DNA of 64,000 nt. Source: Neophaeotheca triangularis (Eukaryota). Each line of letters opens with the position of its first letter. Positions within the stretch are counted from its first letter, which is position 1. Both the position numbers and the translations under genes were made by a program. Shown here in pieces: positions 61,226 through 64,000 of this stretch. The notes beneath the pieces are model-generated. The model was not told where the DNA came from and did no database searches. It saw only the letters and a list, made by a program, of their open reading frames with translations. The DNA lies in contig BAAIJX010000022.1 in assembly GCA_054600435.1 (NCBI GenBank), forward strand, positions 62,001 through 126,000, read 5' to 3'.

Positions 61226-61363
61226 ACCGCTCAGCAAACTCGGGAGTAGCGTGGATCTCCTTTTCTTAAGGTACGCATCCGCGACACCGAAGCGATAAAA
61301 AAGAGCTCGCCTCTGTAAGCATGGTTCGACCGTGCTATTACCAACCGGTCTCTTTCAACATTT
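61226..61363 (+). ncRNA. Candidate box H/ACA snoRNA
   Basis: Hairpin 1, then H box ATAAAA (61295-61300), then hairpin 2, then ACA (61358-61360) + 3 nt. G.U pairs favour the + strand. The pocket is complementary to a conserved 18S segment recalled from memory. Confidence 0.55.
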
Positions 61364-61660
61364 GGGGTGGAGGTACAAAACGAGTACGCATGATGCAAGA
61401 CTGGCGGCAGAGGCGTGTCTGAGTTCCAGGACCGCTCGGGGTTTGTAACTGTCTGGCTCTCGAGGGGGGGTGGGGGAGGCCAGTGGCAAGTGAAAGAAAA
61501 AGGGCACGGGAGGGGACGGTGATGGGAGATACGGGAGAGACCAGAAGGCGACTTTTCTTGGAGCAAAAACACCACGAGACGACATTTTGTTCAAAACCAG
61601 CTTGGTACCTACACAACTCTAGCAATTCCCCCAAAGCAATATATGCTAATACGTACCCTT

Positions 61661-64000
61661 TTACTTCCCCTTCCTCTGAGGTCTAGCATTCTTCTCCCGC
61701 CTCTTCTCCTTGCCCCTCCTCATCTTCCTCACATCATCCACGCCGCGCAACTCACTCTTCCCCTTACCCTCCTTCCCACCGTCCGCGAACCTGCCCCTCT
61801 TAGCCTCCTTGGCACTCTCGACCTTCTTCTTCCGCGCCTCGTAATCATCGCGATATCGATCCGCAGCCTTGGGAGCCTTCTCCTGCTTATGCTTGAACCG
61901 CTTGCCACCGGCACCCTGCTGCCCGCCACCACCACCACCATTATGCACGTGCGCGGCCGAATTAGCACGCTCCTGCTCGCCGACTCGCGGCAAGCGCTCG
62001 AGGCGGTTGGCTTTGCGCCAGGCGTCGAAGCGACCGGAGCGAAAAGAAGCCGGGATGCGCTGCCCGCTCTCGCCGACAATATACTTGCTGCCCTTGCTGC
62101 CGTCCTCGTCGTTTTCGCGCCGCACGTACTTCTTGCTCTTCTTGTCCCAGCGCATGCCTTTGGCCTTGGTGCCGCCGCTGCTTCCGTCGCCCAGGGCTTT
62201 GGACTCGTCGTTGGCGAGGTCCATGGTTGCACCCGCGGCTTGCGTTACGAAGTTTGAGCTGGCTGGGTTGTAGCCGCCCGATTGCACGCCGTAGCCTTTG
62301 TCTTCGGTGAGGTTGATGGAGGTGGGAGTGTAGGACATGAAGTTTTCCGTGTCTTGCCAGGTGTGGGCGCCTTTGCGGCGTTTGTTGGAGTTTTGCTCCG
62401 TGGGCGCCGTGAAGGTGAGCTCCAACTCGTTGTCTGAGGCGTCTTCCATACCTGCTGCGTCCGGGCGAGTGAGGACGAGATCGTCATCGGAATCTTCTTC
62501 GACCGTCGCAGGGGTTTTATCTGCGGGTGCGGTGCCGTTGGTAGACGACTTGAACTCGGACTGTTCTTCATCTGAATCTTCCTTCATACGATGCTTTGGC
62601 ATGACTTTGGCCCTCCTATTCCGCATAATCTCCGCGGCTTCGCTCTGCGCACCTTTCCTACCAAGCTCGAAGATTGTCTCCTGGGGCCTGAACCCACTGA
62701 CCTTGGCGAGAAGGTCCTGACGAGCCTGATCCTCGCCAACCTTATTGTCATCGTGAAACAACATGTTAGCACCCTTCTTGCTGTCGTCTTGATTGAGTTG
62801 TTTGACCCTCTTGACACTCTCTGCAGAAGCCGGGTTACGGGTGCGCAGGTATTGTTTCTCTCCCTTTGCGGCAACGTCGCGTTGCATTTGCAGGTCTTCG
62901 TTATCATGCAACAGAACACCGACTTCCTCGATGCAGCGTTCCAGCCCGTCGCGAACGAAAGAACCAACAACGATGGTGTTTTTGAACATGTCCCGTTCAA
63001 ACTCTGCCCGGCCTACCGTGAGCTTACGGCTCAGGAATAGCTGTAGGTCTAGGAGATAGGGCATGTCCTTTTCGCCAATCAGACTATAACTCCATCCGGA
63101 TTTACCTGCTCTAGCGGTTCGACCGACGCGATGAACGAAGATCTTGGGTTGTGAAGGGAAGTCGTAGTTGATGACATTAGCCAAAATCGGAATGTCCAAC
63201 CCTCTGGCAGCGACGTCCGTAACAATCAGGATATTTGTGAGACCGGCGCGAAACTCTTGAACTTGAATCTTACGGGCTGTTTGATCGAGGGCTCCGTAGA
63301 CGTACGACGTGGAATAACCAAAGAGCTTGAGCAGTTCGTTGAGATACTCGACATGGTGTTTTGTCGCGGCGAAAATGACTGTCGAGTGCTTAGAGGGCAT
63401 ATCCTTTGCATCCGGGCCATCAGCGCCTCGCTTGCGCTTCTTTTCGGGTTTCTTTGCGTTTTCTTGAGCCTTGATACTCGCTTCGGTAGGCCCAGTAGGC
63501 ATCTTGATCACTTCCTCGAGCAAGTGGATCAATGCACCCTCCTTCTCGGCAGCTTTGACGGTAAAGAAAGCACTTTGCAAGTCAGGCGAGACCTTGCTCT
63601 CAGCATCTAGACGAACGAGTTTGGGGTCTTGCAATCCAGCTCTGGCAAACTCGACGAGACTCTTCGGCAGAGTTGCAGAGAAGAGTAGGGTTTGTCTCGA
63701 CGATGGCAAGGAGTGCATAATCTCGGCCAACTGAGCTGCGAAACCCATCTCGAACAGTCTGTCCGCTTCGTCAAAGACCACATACTGCACGCTGCTGAGC
63801 TCCAGCGACATTTCGACTTTCAAATGCTCGAACCGTCCAGGAGTAGCGATGATGATGTCCGGATTGCTTGCCATGCTGCTGAATTGGTCTTCTAAGCTGT
63901 CTCCACCTACCAAGAGTGTTGTCCTCAAGTCGGTACCTCTGCCCAGCTCCTTGATGACCTTGAGCGTCTGAAGCGCCAACTCTCTAGACGGAGAAAGAAC
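61661..64000 (-). CDS. DBP10: ATP-dependent RNA helicase Dbp10, 5'-truncated by the window edge
   Basis: DEADRLFEMGF, SATLP and HRVGRTARAG; C-terminal DBP10CT motif WDKKSKKY...GESGQRIPASFRSGRFDAW. Confidence 0.95.
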   Translation of the reverse strand, partial: VLSPSRELALQTLKVIKELGRGTDLRTTLLVGGDSLEDQFSSMASNPDIIIATPGRFEHLKVEMSLELSSVQYVVFDEADRLFEMGFAAQLAEIMHSLPSSRQTLLFSATLPKSLVEFARAGLQDPKLVRLDAESKVSPDLQSAFFTVKAAEKEGALIHLLEEVIKMPTGPTEASIKAQENAKKPEKKRKRGADGPDAKDMPSKHSTVIFAATKHHVEYLNELLKLFGYSTSYVYGALDQTARKIQVQEFRAGLTNILIVTDVAARGLDIPILANVINYDFPSQPKIFVHRVGRTARAGKSGWSYSLIGEKDMPYLLDLQLFLSRKLTVGRAEFERDMFKNTIVVGSFVRDGLERCIEEVGVLLHDNEDLQMQRDVAAKGEKQYLRTRNPASAESVKRVKQLNQDDSKKGANMLFHDDNKVGEDQARQDLLAKVSGFRPQETIFELGRKGAQSEAAEIMRNRRAKVMPKHRMKEDSDEEQSEFKSSTNGTAPADKTPATVEEDSDDDLVLTRPDAAGMEDASDNELELTFTAPTEQNSNKRRKGAHTWQDTENFMSYTPTSINLTEDKGYGVQSGGYNPASSNFVTQAAGATMDLANDESKALGDGSSGGTKAKGMRWDKKSKKYVRRENDEDGSKGSKYIVGESGQRIPASFRSGRFDAWRKANRLERLPRVGEQERANSAAHVHNGGGGGGQQGAGGKRFKHKQEKAPKAADRYRDDYEARKKKVESAKEAKRGRFADGGKEGKGKSELRGVDDVRKMRRGKEKRREKNARPQRKGK

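Noticed and set aside
61186..61450. RNase MRP/P RNA (AAAGACCCCGG ... CGGGGTTTG) or a tRNA (GGTTCGA at 61323)
   Set aside because: The CR-I/CR-V consensus is not met and no cloverleaf forms; the H/ACA model fits better.
1..64000. Transposons, CRISPR arrays, rRNA, spliceosomal snRNAs, TPP riboswitch
   Set aside because: None of their diagnostic motifs was seen by eye.

Overview
This is a gene-dense, intron-containing eukaryotic window from a filamentous ascomycete (Pezizomycotina, probably a dothideomycete; inferred from short GT-AG introns with CTRAC branch points and from the gene set). I can model about 27 protein-coding genes. Most are conserved housekeeping genes: an EEP-family hydrolase (partial), mitochondrial NAD(P) transhydrogenase, PP4 catalytic subunit, a secreted FAD oxidase, an SDR, Scc2, Rpa12, DOHH, NECAP, She9, a HAD phosphatase, Tyw2, Ssp120, Iml1, an Ecm4-type GST, Pan6, Dbp7, Asa1, GPAT/DHAPAT, GCP4, Kre2/Mnt1, Pat1 and Dbp10 (partial). 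Three genes are poorly characterised. I found no transposase, CRISPR array, tRNA or rRNA. The strongest unexplained signals are four. (1) A box H/ACA snoRNA-like structure between PAT1 and DBP10 whose 3' pocket matches a conserved 18S rRNA segment. (2) About 7 of about 33 hand-modelled introns end in AAG rather than YAG, and two have GC donors. (3) Many genes switch abruptly from C-rich to G-rich near their 3' ends. (4) AGGTA/TACCT words cluster in promoters. All gene models, RNA pairings and family calls were made by eye from remembered motifs, and no database search was run.
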